The notes below the pieces were generated by a model. That model saw only the letters and a program-made list of their open reading frames with translations, ran no database searches and was not told where the DNA came from. A DNA stretch of 64,000 nucleotides from assembly GCF_006345805.1 (NCBI RefSeq), contig NC_043001.1, positions 2,852,001 through 2,916,000 of the forward strand. The letters are read 5' to 3'. This document shows positions 1 through 12,098 of the stretch, piece by piece. This DNA is from Octopus sinensis (lineage: Eukaryota). Within the stretch, counting starts at the first letter, position 1. Each line of letters starts with the position of its first letter. The translations under genes were made by a program, and so were the position numbers.

Positions 1-277
1 AAAAGAAAACATGGAATAAGAAAAAGCGAAAATATTTCTCCAATTCTGTGTGTGATCTCAAAGGTTAGATTATACAGAAGCTTGTCGAATGAGACAAAGA
101 GCAAATAATATGTAAAAGTAATGAATAACAGCGAGGGCCAATCCTTAATTAAGCACCAAGGATATAAATGAGGGCTGCTGTTTCCTTTTCTGTTCAGCCA
201 ATAACTACGATACAAAATCAATAAGAATCAATACACAGAGAAAGGAAAGTAAGCAACTACTGGAATAACAAGTAGTC

Positions 278-322
<45 letters not shown>

Positions 323-683
323 GAGTAATAAATCTAGAAGACAATATAAAAAACAAATGATTATTTTTATGACAACAATAAAGTTTTCTTTTGGTTTTAG
401 TAGAAAAACATTAAATTTCTGTCATTTGTAAGATAGAGGTGAGGAAATTAATAAAGAATTGTTACTATGGAATTGGAAATGTCCTTAGAATTTTGTGGGG
501 TTTTTCCCTGCATTTTTGAAACAATAACTATTGGATTCCAATTTTTTGAGTGATTTTTCTGCTCAGAATTTCTACTGATCAATACAATATAGTTTGTATA
601 GAGAACAATATCTTGGAATCCATACAGCATAATTGTAGATTATTGTTGTTAGACAGCACCATACAGTCCAATAAAATTCCCAC

Positions 684-768
684 ATTTCGTAAACCACATT
701 TGATATCTCTGTATGTGATAATGCAACAAAATACCGCCGAGTATCTTCATATCTTCTCACATACATTT
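684..768 (-). CDS. Candidate exon (MYVRRYEDTRRYFVALSHTEISNVVYE), possibly the same receptor domain
   Basis: Strong acceptor tcttttatgttttag|A with an open frame; weak donor GTGGGA. Phase-compatible with a candidate exon at 157-204 (YWLNRKGNSSPHLYPW). Similarity judged by eye only. Confidence 0.2.
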
Positions 769-1454
769 CTAAAACATAAAAGACACACACACAAAAAACA
801 AAAAAAACACACAGGAAAGTAAAAACAAAATAATAAATAATTCCAAAACATTGCAAAAGTTGGTTAGTTTCAAACTTTGAATAACTTGAAATATGAACAG
901 GAGAACCAAATAATAGATTCTACCCACATATCAAGACTGGATATTAAACTCTGCTTTGGTTTCACTGTCGGTGCCAAAGAGAAGATTGTGAAATCTTTTT
1001 TAACATTTCTGTGAACGAATAATATTTTTACATTTCTATTCATGTTGTTGTTCACTTTCTTATTGCTGTTATGGTATTTGAATGAAAGCAATGGACACAG
1101 TTTGAACAGATTTATGGCATATAGGTATAGATGGTGGTGTCAGTAAAGACCGGCATCATGACCATGAGGTGCAGGGTTCATCTCTACTGTACACCAAGAA
1201 CTGAAGAAACTCAAAACACACACACACATACATGTATGTGCACACACACACATATATATGCTTGTGTATATATATATATATATATATATATGTAAGAGAG
1301 TTTCTGTCTGTTTGTCCCACTAAATATAATTGTGACACCATCTCATTTATAAGTGTGGGTGTTTTGTCCGCTTTCACACTTTAACTATGGTGATGATAAT
1401 GATGATGATGGTGTGACCAGAGCTAAAGTGCCAAAATTTTCAGAATCAACACCT

Positions 1455-1494
<40 letters not shown>

Positions 1495-1924
1495 ATCTTT
1501 CTGTCTTTCTATTTGGCCGTAAATTATCCTGTGGTGAGAATGGTCAGCATTCAAGACAAGGACAACCGCTGCACCAGATATTCATTTATTTATTCAAGGA
1601 TGACCTGTTCTGCACAATTAAACACAGTCAATCTCTCTCTCTTCCACTCTCTCTCTTTTGTCTTTCTCTTCCCTCTCTCTCTCTAATGACTGCCACAAGT
1701 AAACATTAAAAAATCACATTCTGAGGTCAATACCTCCAACTAAAGATTCTTCAAGGTGGTGCCCCAGCATGGCCACAATATAATTACTAAAACAAGGTGA
1801 AAAGAAAGAAAAGATAAAAGAAAATTATAAGAGTGGGTGTTTTGTCCGCTTTCATCAGCAGAGCAGAACTCTAAAGAAATGGCTGTTATTTATCTGTCTC
1901 TCTCTTTCTCTCTCTCTCTAAAAG

Positions 1925-2270
1925 AACACACACACACACACTCACACACACTCACACACACACACATACACATGCACACACACACACATACACACACACA
2001 TGCACACACACATGCACACACACACATGCACACACACACACATGCACACACATACATGCACACACACACATGCACACACACATGCACACACATGCACACA
2101 CACTCACACACACTCACACACACACTACACATGCATACACACACACACACATACACACACTCACACACACACATGCACACACACACACCACACACATGCA
2201 TACACACACACATGCATACACACACACACACACACAACACACACACACACACACATGCACATACACATAC
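1925..2270. repeat. (CA)n / (CACATG)n compound microsatellite
   Basis: Directly visible; explains the HT/CV-rich ORFs. Confidence 0.95.
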
Positions 2271-2721
2271 ATGTATATTCATTCATGTTTCAGATATACT
2301 AATTTTTCTAATTTCTCCATTCAGATATAAATATACAAATTTCTTTCACATAAGCAGAGGCAATCTGACAGTGAAGCCATACGCACACTGACACAAACAC
2401 ACAGCGAAACGAAAATCATTGACACACCAACAAAAAGACAACCACACAATGCCTTGCCCTGCATTTCTGTAATTCTGCATCAGAATTTCAGCAAAAACAC
2501 TGACACCATTCAGCATTTGTAAATTCATTTCACTACAACTTACTGATATTCCTTATCAAAAACATTTCTCATTTCTTTAAGCTATTCTTCTATTTAATAT
2601 ACCTATTTTCCTTGCTTTACTGTGACATAGCATCTGAGTTACACTTCACTCTTAATTACTGATTTCTATTATCAAAACAAGTCTCGTTAAAAAGGATTCT
2701 CACAAAACAAACACAAAACAA

Positions 2722-2900
2722 ATGCAGGACGTGCATCAGAAAACGATGATGAGACATGTGCAGGGCAAAGAAAGCTCAATGTGCATCTGAAACCAAACAT
2801 CAACGAAATGCATGAGTTGCAGACAGAATGGCAGCTCGACGTGCAGCAGAAAACGAAGATGAAAGACATGCATGAGTTGCAGCTGATTGTCTTTGAGAAG
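2722..2900 (+). mobile_element. Possible degenerate Helitron N-terminal R/A/E-rich repeat region
   Basis: Three related units translate as RASENDDE / RASETKHQRNA*VADRMAARRAAENEDERHA*VAA. The TGA stops fit CGA (Arg) CpG decay. Resembles the RASET..QR.ARL repeats at the N-terminus of animal Helitron Rep/Hel proteins. Confidence 0.4.
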
Positions 2901-2904
2901 CATC

Positions 2905-3060
2905 ACATCGTTACTTAGCGGTTCGGCAAAAGAGACCGATAGAATAAGTACTGGACTTAGAAAAGAATAAGTCCTATGGTCGAGTTGCTTGATTAAAGGC
3001 GGTGCTCCAGCATGGCCGCAGTCAAAATACTGAAACAAATAAAAGAGTAAAAAGAGTATC
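2905..3060 (+). mobile_element. SINE type A, 3' half
   Basis: acttagcggttcggcaaaagagaccgatagaataagtact...gtgctccagcatggccgcagtc...aaaagag; matches other copies in the window. Confidence 0.85.
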
Positions 3061-3269
3061 GTAAGCCAGAAACTGCCAACAGATGGCCAACGAAGAATGA
3101 TAGTGATCTTTCTTCTACTTCGATTATTACATAGCTTTCTCTTCTAAAAATGCATGCAGACAGGAGGAGTAAATGATAATAATACATTCAATGTGGCTCT
3201 GGATAAGCATTAGAAGTAATTACCCAATCAACGACAGGTTTTACTGCTAGTATATATATATATATATAC

Positions 3270-3500
3270 AAGGCGGCGAACTGACAGAAACGTTAGCACG
3301 CCGGGCGAAATGCGTAGCCGTATTTCGTCTGCCGTTACGTTCTGAGTTCAAATTCCGCCGAGGTCGACTTTGCCTTTCATCCTTTCAGGGTCGATAAATT
3401 AAGTACCATTATGCACTGGGGTCGATGTAATCAACTTAATCCATTCGTCTGTCCTTGTTCGTCCCCTCTGTGTTTAGCCCCTTGTCGGTAGTAAAGAAAG
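3270..3500 (+). mobile_element. tRNA-derived SINE type K (aaggcggcga.ctg.cagaa head)
   Basis: ttctgagttcaaattccgccgaggtcgactttgcctttcatcc core recurs many times (e.g. ~10845, 11085, 26932, 36118 on +; 42090, 44195, 53710, 54190, 55065 on -). Confidence 0.85.
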
Positions 3501-3569
3501 TTATATATATCTATATATATATATATATACATACACACACACACACAGAAATACATACACGCACACACA

Positions 3570-4235
3570 CACACACATAAGTGACCAAAACCTTTGGAGA
3601 TATGCTGTGCTTGAGAAGACCCAGAAAGCCAAGTGAAACCATAACCGTAGCCTATGCCAGTGCAGCCTAACTGGCCCATTTAAAAGTACCCTTCAATCAT
3701 TGGGCAATAAATTGTGCTTTTGAAGACCTGTTGAGGCAAGTGAAGTCGTTGTCATGGCTGATGACAGTACCGCCTGATTGGCACCTGTGCCAGTGGTATG
3801 TAAAAGCAGCACCATTTGAGCGTAATCATTGCCAGTGCCACCTGACTAGCTCCCAAGCTGGTGGCACAGAAAAAGCACCATTTGAGCATGGTCATTACCA
3901 GCACCACCTGACTGACCCTCATGCCAATGGTACGTAAAAAGCACCATTCGAGCGGGGTCATTGCCAGTGCTGCCTGACTGGCTCCCATGCTGAATGCACA
4001 TAAAAAGCACCATTCAAGTGTGGTCGATGCCAATACCACCTGACTGGCTCTCATGCTTGTGGCATGTGAAATGTCTCTACTATACTCTCAGAGTGGTTGG
4101 CATTAGGAAGGGCATCCAGGTGTAGAAACATTGCCACATTGGATTGGAACCTAGTGCAGCCTGCTGGCTTGCCAGCCCTTAGTCAAACTGTCCAACCCAT
4201 GCCAGCATGGAAAGCAGACGTTAAACGACGACGAT
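3570..4235 (+). mobile_element. SINE type B with internal ~66 bp tandem repeat and (GAT)n tail
   Basis: Conserved 3' part gagtggttggc.ttaggaagggcatccag...gttaaacga(tga)n is shared with many copies. Confidence 0.85.
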
Positions 4236-5560
4236 GATATATATATATCTATATATATATATATATATATGTATATAGATATAAACCATAAAATGTGAGG
4301 TAGTATGCGACACATGAGAGGTGTAGTAACCCTGCCAAGCAGAGAGTGGAGCCTAACACAGTCTTCTCACTTTTCAGATCCTGTCAAATAACCAAACCAA
4401 TGCCAAACCAATCGAATGATGATGCATTTTATAAAAGGAGTGGGGATATGTTAGCCTTAATTATGGAATGGGAACAGCTAAAACACAACAAATATCTATG
4501 GTGTTCATGGCTGGAACCATATTGGTAATAATTTTGTTTGATAAGGTTGGACCCGGGGCTAAGCAACCACAAAAGTAATTTGTCTAACGTAGACCAGTAT
4601 TTATTGAAAAGAAGTAAAATCCATTTTGGAATACAACATCAGAGATATAATTATTATTTGGACAGAAATATAACATTGAGACAGAATATTTTTATCAACT
4701 TATCTGGTAACTTGTATCTTATATGGCAAGTTATTTCTCAAGAAACAATAATCACATCCTAATTTTGGTTTTCTTTGACGGATGGAATTATTCACTTGTA
4801 ATTATGAACACTTTTAGAAAGGACGTAAAAGTGCCAACTTATCCATTTCATCAACAACTGCAAATGTAAGGTTTCCTGAGTTTCGCTTAGAAATGATTAT
4901 ATTTCTAATTCCAGTAGTGTAATGAAAATAGTACTTGTCCACCTTAGCTTCAAGAAAATGCTCTCAGGTTTAAGCAAAAGAAACTTTAAATAAATGAAGT
5001 GCTGAATCCAAAGAATAATTAAGGATTAAAGGAATTCTGATTCTGAAGAAATCTGAGTAAAAGAAAAGATGCAAAAATGAAAAGAGAAAACAGAAGAAAA
5101 AAAGCTAAGAGAATGGAATGTGTTGAATGGAAGGTAGGAAGAAATACTTTAATGTAGGTATAAAGCTTGCATTTATCTTTGCAAACCAGAATAGCAAGAG
5201 GAATTCAAAGAGATTCTCTGAAATGTATAGAGACTGTTTGGTAGATACAGAGTAGATATTGATGTTGAGAATAATCTAATATGAATAATGTCACTTGGGA
5301 TTGGACATAATATGTGATAGAAATTCCTTGATAAAAGGGGAAAACGAAATATATACGAAAAAGAACTGCTCTATTATACATGCATACATATACATCTCTC
5401 TTTCTCTCTCTCTCTCTGTATGTATATATATATATATATATATATATTTATCAAACAAAAAAAATGTGGCAGTCCTTTAGAAATAGGATTTCCAAACAAA
5501 AGCAAGCCATACAGAAGCTATCGAATATTGTAAAATAGAGATGATAATGATATTTGTTTG

Positions 5561-5741
5561 TTAAACCAAATCAACAGATCGGTGTCTTAATGAATATCTG
5601 AGATAAGTTCCGTGTAGAAATTTGCACTCAATTAACAAATAAGATTCTGTAAGAATGTGTAATTGTTCCAGTGCTGCTAAGCCATAATGGCTGGCTTCAA
5701 AAACAACAGTGATGTCTTTCCCAGAGAATTTGTAAAGTTTC
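5561..5741 (-). CDS. Candidate exon resembling ANF_receptor / iGluR amino-terminal domain (unverified)
   Basis: Pyrimidine-rich acceptor ctcttttgtcatatacag|G, then a 59-codon open frame KLYKFSGKDITVVFEASHYGLAALEQLHILTESY. By eye this fits the L..F.WK.(V/I).V(I/V)Y....YG...L..L pattern without gaps, except that W is G. No strong donor found. Confidence 0.3.
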
Positions 5742-6383
5742 CTGTATATGACAAAAGAGTGTGTGTGTGGGGGCAGAGAAAGAATGTTGGGTGTTTTGAT
5801 GATGAGAAGTTCTTTAAAGTTATCTGAAAAATGTCAACAAATGGTTTCAATCTGCTTCATAATATCTCTGTTTTGATAATTCCTGAAACAAGATTGAATT
5901 AAACCAAGACCTACATTTCACAAGACCTACATTCCACCTATTACAGTCAAACTAATTGATATTTAACTAATCATAACAGGTATTAAAGACAAGCTAACCA
6001 GCATTTAACTAATTATAACAGATATTACAGTCTTAATAACCTTGGTTTTATATTGGAGTTAGTGAATAAAAGAGCATCTGTGGCCATGGGATTCCAAGGA
6101 ATCAATCGCTCTTGGACTTCTGCTAGTCACACTAAGAAGCCCTAACCCTAACAAATATCACAAAAGACATCCCTTTCAAGGAGTAGCTATTTTCTCGTTT
6201 TTATGAAATGACAACGACAATGATAATGATGATGATGATGGTGATGTATATGAGATACATTTACAGATGGAATAATTTGTCCAAAGTTCTATGCTTCTCT
6301 GTCACATTTGTTACATTTTAGTCTGTCTTATAATAATGCGAAACAGCTCCTCCGATGTTGGAATCTAGACAATTAAAACAAAG

Positions 6384-6675
6384 TCAGATTTTGAGCTTGA
6401 GAAAAGTCTTGCATATTTTTATTGTTCCACTTACGGATGTATTTGTAATGTGTGTTACTTTATTCTTTTATTCTTTTACTTGTTTCAGTCATTTGAATGT
6501 GGCCATGCTGGAGTACCACCTTTAGTCGAGCAAAACGACCCCAGGACTTATTCTTGGTAAGCCTAGTGCTTATTCTATCAGTCTCTTTTGCTGAACTGCT
6601 AAGTTACAGAGAAGTAAACACACCAGCTTCGGTTATCAAGCGATGTTGGGGGAACTAACACAGACACATAAACAT

Positions 6676-6714
<39 letters not shown>

Positions 6715-7560
6715 CGATGGGCTTCTTTCAGTTTCCGTCTACCAAATCCACTGACAAGGCTTTGGTTGGCCTGAGGCTATAGTAGAAGACACTTTCTCAA
6801 GGTGCCACACAGTGGGACTGAACCCTGAACCATGTGGTTGATAAGCAAACTACTTACCACACAGCCACTCCTGTGCCTACTTTGTTGATTTCTTTTTCAG
6901 AAAACGCCAACCTTTTCAGATTGTTGCAAAACCAACTGCACCAAATATTATTGTGTAAACAAAAATTTAAAATCTGGATACAAAAGTTGAAGTTTTCAAA
7001 GCAATTGCTCATTATCAACATCTTTCTCTTTGAAAATCAAAAAGATATTCACTTCAGCAGAGTTCTATAATGGTCCATGCTTTACTTTGACGGTCCCAAA
7101 CAACAATGTCTGGCCTGTTATATTTGCATTTGGAGAAGGGGTGATGTGAATGTTCCACCAGTGATCCTTGTGTTCCTCTATGTATTCAGTAAGTGGTGTG
7201 TCTCTTTATAATTTATCCCAGGACAATCTTTTTCTTTTTTGAATGGCAGTCTATATTGCTTTAGTGACAACATCAAGTTTCCCTGGGGGTGAGGATTTTA
7301 CCTAGATGACCTTTTTCATAGCTGTTGATCGTGTGTGATGTCTTCTGAAGAAATGTGACACAAGTGACATTTTCAGTTGCTCTCTAAAGTTCCAAAGGCT
7401 CTATTATCGTTTTTATTTTTTAGGAATTTTGTAGCAATCTCCTGTTCTTGGATTATAAATGTATATTTTTTTAAATGTGATGCAGCAGCTGTGAATTCAA
7501 GAAAGATTGCAATCTATGATAATACTTACTGGCCCTGTACCATCAAAAATGTCAATGCAA
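6384..7560 (-). mobile_element. Degenerate R4/Dong-clade LINE 3' region (zinc knuckle + restriction-like endonuclease), interrupted by a SINE
   Basis: Translation fragments SHLKKYTFIIQEQEIATKFL and NRPDIVVWDRQSKAWTIIE; after removing the SINE, NLKRLAFSEKEINK|VTHITNTSVSGTIKICKTFLKL. Confidence 0.8.
6462..6868 (-). mobile_element. Full SINE type A inserted in the R4/Dong remnant
   Basis: tRNA-like head taggcacaggagtggctgtgtggtaag at ~6868, internal (TA)n/(CA)n spacer, tail aaacaagtaaaagaataaaagaat. Confidence 0.9.
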
Positions 7561-8318
7561 AGAATGTTGTCTGTGTGTGTGAGTATATATATCTATGTCA
7601 AGTCACTCTCTGAGCTATTGGTAACATGTAACCCAGTACAATTGTGTTACATGGTTGAGCCATCAATGATTAAACTGGCAAACCTACAAAGCTAGCTAGG
7701 AAAGGTTGGTGGTTTCCATTGAATACCCTGCAATGCTAAAACCAGAACCTGTTAAAAGGTAGATGAACTGAGTAGAGTCAATGGCCATCCAACATCTAGG
7801 AGTGAGAGACATCCTGGTCTTCGTTTAGACATTTCTCTAGGAAAAGCAATACTCAGAAGTAACACATGTGACCTCATTTGCTTGCAATGATGTAGACTAT
7901 TTCTTCTTTTAGGGCAAATACATGTTTTTAAGTGAGATAGGCCATGTGCCAGGCCTTCCCTCAGTTTAGGAAGCTTCAGTCACAGAGCGTTGCTTGATTT
8001 TAAACAACTGTATCATGCTGTGCACTGTGGGAGGTAAAAAGGAGGCCATGGTTGTCTCATTAGTGCAAAAGAGTGCAGGTCCTTTTCAGGACTAAAAAGC
8101 CACATCTTTGAGACAACAAGAAGTCAGTGGAATGGCTCAAAATCAAGTTGCAGCTATACCTCATGCATTTACGGATATATGTATATATGAGTGTATTTAT
8201 GCACATATGTATGTATGCATATATGAGTGTGTGTATGCACACATGTAGGCACATACATATATGTGGGTACATTTATACACAGGTGTAGGCGTGAATGTCA
8301 TTGCATATGTAGATCTAA

Positions 8319-8640
8319 TCATGGACTAAACTTTGTGAATGTTTTGCATATTTTGTCTGTACCTTCAGCAGTTTGTAACTGTAACCTTCTAATTAGGCAT
8401 GTTCTTTGCAGTTTTATGAATCTCAGATTCTGAAGATTGCTACCAGTCACTCTAATCCTTATCGTTAGACATCTAAACTTACAATCTAGATAGAACATGT
8501 ACATATTTCTCAACAGATCAAAACGGAGATTCACTTTTCCATTTATGTTCCAGTCCTTCTTTGACAGAATGGATGTTATCATTTCCAGCCATGCTGTTCG
8601 TAGCAGATTCACTTTTGAGATGGATACCAATGTGATTTTA
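8319..8640 (-). mobile_element. Second degenerate R4/Dong-clade LINE C-terminus
   Basis: ORF reads LLRNMYMFYLDCKF...LIRRLQLQTAEGTDKICKTFTKF, the same terminal motif as the 6.4 kb copy (GTIKICKTFLKL). Confidence 0.7.
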
Positions 8641-8771
8641 ACAAAATGGTTATTTCAGTAAATATAATCAGAAGAATAATCAGATATTTCACAAAGCAGG
8701 TATTTATGGCATTGATGTTGAAGAGGTTCCTCTCCCATGCTGAAGATGTGACTGCTCACAAGAAGGAATTG

Positions 8772-8824
<53 letters not shown>

Positions 8825-8879
8825 TATGTATGTATTGATGGAAGGATGGATGTACTTATGTATGTAGACTTTTGGTGTA

Positions 8880-9360
8880 TAACAAGTGACGTGCAAGCAG
8901 ACAATCAGATTATCCTCCATTGACATCACCTTTAACTGTCTTTGTGAATGTGGTATTTCCATCTACCACCCAACAATGTGCTTACAAAACCAAAATATAG
9001 AAAAAACAACAATGGCACCCAACGACTTTCAGTTACACTTTATTCTTACTCAGAATTGTCAAAGCAAAGAATAAACTATCCACATCACTTGTCAGCTGCC
9101 AGAGCACCTTCATTCTTCAAAAATTCTATGCCTCTCCAAATTCCCTAAAACTCTTCCTGACTTACCAATATATCCATCCTTTCCTCTTTATGACTCTTTT
9201 ACTTTTCACTTTTCTGTCTGTTTCATTCTGTGGATTGTGGATGTAATTCTAGTTTCCATTGCTGTCTTTCTTCACTAGTTCATACGTCTGCTTTCTGTTC
9301 CTTCTTTTACCGTTTCTGATGAGCTGTAATTCGTTTGAACATCGTAGTAGAGAAGGAATG
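8880..9360 (+). mobile_element. Penelope-like element 3' remnant with decayed hammerhead core
   Basis: TFNCL..NVVF...QQC resembles the GIY-YIG N-terminal motif. It is followed by a TC-rich tail homologous to 46620-46800, then CTGATGA at 9316-9322. Confidence 0.5.
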
Positions 9361-10179
9361 TCATTGATGAGGTCATGGATGGGGATTAAAGGATTTTGAC
9401 AAATCTAAGCTGATTGACCGATTGACCAAGTGATTAACATCACAATTAATAAAGCAATCGATTAGTTAATTGGTTAAATGGTTAGTATAATGACCCTCCT
9501 AAGATGCAACAGATTATAATCATCATTATCTGCTGCCACAAACATCTTCATGGTTTCTACAAACCAAATTCCATTTCTATCTGAATCTATAACTGAAAAC
9601 ATTTGCCTGAAATTGTCCAAGGGTGAGATTGAACTCCGAAAATCAGAACTGCTAAGGTGTCCTTCTTAACAGCATGAACTATGTCTAGCTTGTCTCATGC
9701 ACCACTGATTCCGTTCAGTATCTATGAATTTCATTTAATTTAATTTTATTGTTACCAAAGCTGCTCTGTTGCCTTTTTTTTTTTTTTAAGTTAATGAGTT
9801 TCTCTAATTCTTTGAAAGTCTCATTCTTTGTTACATGTTCCCAATCATACCAATTTGCAAATTATGCTTGGCTATAATATAATTCCGAACATCTAAATTC
9901 ATGATATTTATGTTCGAATAAATTGTAACATAGAGTCTCTTTTATATATACATAGACTCAGTGAGAATCACTATGGGTAGAGTGATGATCAAATGTTTAA
10001 AACTTAATAAAATTTCAATAGGTGAAATTTCTAAAGTAATAAACCACTTTTATCGAAGTGTTAATAATCTTAGCCATACATAAAATTTATGTTCAATATA
10101 TATAATTGGTAATTCCTAATTTATAATAACTTATTGAAATAAATATTAAATTGGTTGCCCACTCATATAGGTGTGTGTA

Positions 10180-10275
10180 TATGTGTATACATACAACTCT
10201 CTCTCTCTATCACTTTCTCTCTCTCTTTCTCTCTCTCTATCTCTCTCTCTCTCTATATATATATATAAATATGTA

Positions 10276-10320
<45 letters not shown>

Positions 10321-10361
10321 GTATATATATATATATATGTGTGTGTGTATATATATATATA

Positions 10362-10402
<41 letters not shown>

Positions 10403-10430
10403 TGTATATGTGTGTGTGTGTGTCAGTGTA
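10180..10430. repeat. (CT)n-(AT)n-(GT)n compound microsatellite
   Basis: Directly visible. Confidence 0.95.
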
Positions 10431-11654
10431 CATACATATCTGCCTGAATCTATGTATGCGTATGTACCTTTAATATTAAAAGTAAAAAGACGCACACACA
10501 CACACACACACACAGATACACATGTAATTTATTGACCTTCTATCAGTTTATCAATTCATAATGAAATAGGTAACAGATATGTGCTTGTGTGTATGTACAG
10601 ATAAAGATACATATACAGATACAGATACATATATACATATGTGTGTAATAGACATAGAGTTATGCTCATTCAATCTGTTTCTCTGTTTCCCTGACAAATT
10701 TGGTGTCTTGTAACAATGTAAGTAATAATAATAATAATAATAATACTAACAACACAACAACAACAACAGCAATAATGTAATAGTAATAACAAGCTTTGTT
10801 GTTCTTGGTGTTATCAACTTGTCTTTAATATTATTAATCTAATTAAGGCAGTGACATGGCGGACTCATTCTCACACCAACCAAAATGCTTGTTGCCATAT
10901 CGGCTGTCTTGAAGTTCTGAGTTCAAATTCAAGTGAGGCTTGACTTTATCTTTCATCCTTTCTGGGTTGATAAAATAAGTACCAGTCAAATACTGGGGTT
11001 GATGTTATCAACTAACTCCCTCCCCCAAAGCTTCTGGCCTTGTGCCAAAACTTTGAAGCCAATATTATTTATATAATGAAAAGTGGGGTGGGCAAAATGC
11101 TTAGCACCATTTCAGCTGTCTTAACGTTCTGAGTTCAAATTCTGCTGAGGTCAACTTTGTCTTCCATCCTTTCAGGGTCCATGAAATGGGTACCAGTTGA
11201 ATACTGGGGTTGATGTAATTAACTTACTCCCATTCCTGAAATTGCTGGCCTTGTGTCAAAAGGTGAAACCAATATTATCAATATAATTATCTTGTGTACT
11301 CACACACACACCTTTATAGATGACAATCTCTCCCACCTGAAGACAAAAGCTGGATTTACAGCGAAGTTTCTATTTGCCAATCCTTGATTTTCTATAGACA
11401 CCTTTTGCCAACATTACAACGATTACTTAATTCTGAACCACCAAAAACAGATGTTGGACCTGAAATATCATGTCCTCTCCCCTCAGTTCACTTTATCTTT
11501 TCTATTCCATGAAAATCTCTTCTCTAAACATGCTTTTCCACGAAGGTTCATCTTGTGAACATTTTCAGTATTTGTTTCACTCTCAATATATATCCCTATA
11601 TATTTTTACATATATATATGTATGTATATGTATGTCTATTCATATATATATATA

Positions 11655-12040
11655 TAGGCAGAGGAGTAGTGTGTGGTAAGTAGGTTGCTTACCAACCATA
11701 TGGTCCTGGGCTCAGTCCCACTGTGAAGATCTTGGACAAATGTCTTCTATTATAGCCTCGGGCCGACCAAAATCTTGTGAGTGGATCTTGTAGGCAGAAA
11801 CTGAAAGACGCCCATCATATATATATATATGTTTGTGTGCCTTTTTTGTCCCCCCTCCACTATTGCTTGACAACTGATGTTGGTGAGTTTACATCCCCAT
11901 AACTTACTAGTTCAGTTAAAGAGATGGATGGAATAAGTACTAGGCTTCCAAAGAATAAGCTCTGGGGTCGATTTCTTCAACTAAACGCGGTGGTCCAGTG
12001 TGGCTGCAGTTAAATGACTGAAACAAATAAAAGAATAAAA
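11655..12040 (+). mobile_element. SINE type A, full length
   Basis: ataggcagaggagtagtgtgtggtaagtag head through gactgaaacaaataaaagaat tail. Confidence 0.85.
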
Positions 12041-12067
12041 GAATATATATTGTATATACACACACAC

Positions 12068-12098
<31 letters not shown>

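Noticed and set aside
3780-4080. CRISPR-like repeat-spacer appearance
   Set aside because: Units are contiguous degenerate tandem repeats inside a SINE, with no unique spacers, in a eukaryotic context.
6315-6460. Apparent small exons VTHITNTS and IPTSEELFRIIIRQTKM
   Set aside because: The first is part of the R4/Dong ORF end; the second lies directly after that stop, in the probable 3' UTR.
8480-8640. Apparent receptor exon ending at a strong GTAAGT donor (…MYMFYLD)
   Set aside because: The frame continues into ...GTDKICKTFTKF, the R4/Dong C-terminus, so it is LINE-derived.
8890-8962. MEIPHSQ...DNLIVCLH resembling kainate-receptor LEVPHIQ
   Set aside because: It lies antisense within the Penelope-like remnant; splice sites are poor.
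11395-11460. Minus-strand GPTSVFGGSELSNRCN resembling the iGluR GP...CN motif
   Set aside because: In-frame stop just upstream, no convincing donor, and too short to distinguish from chance.
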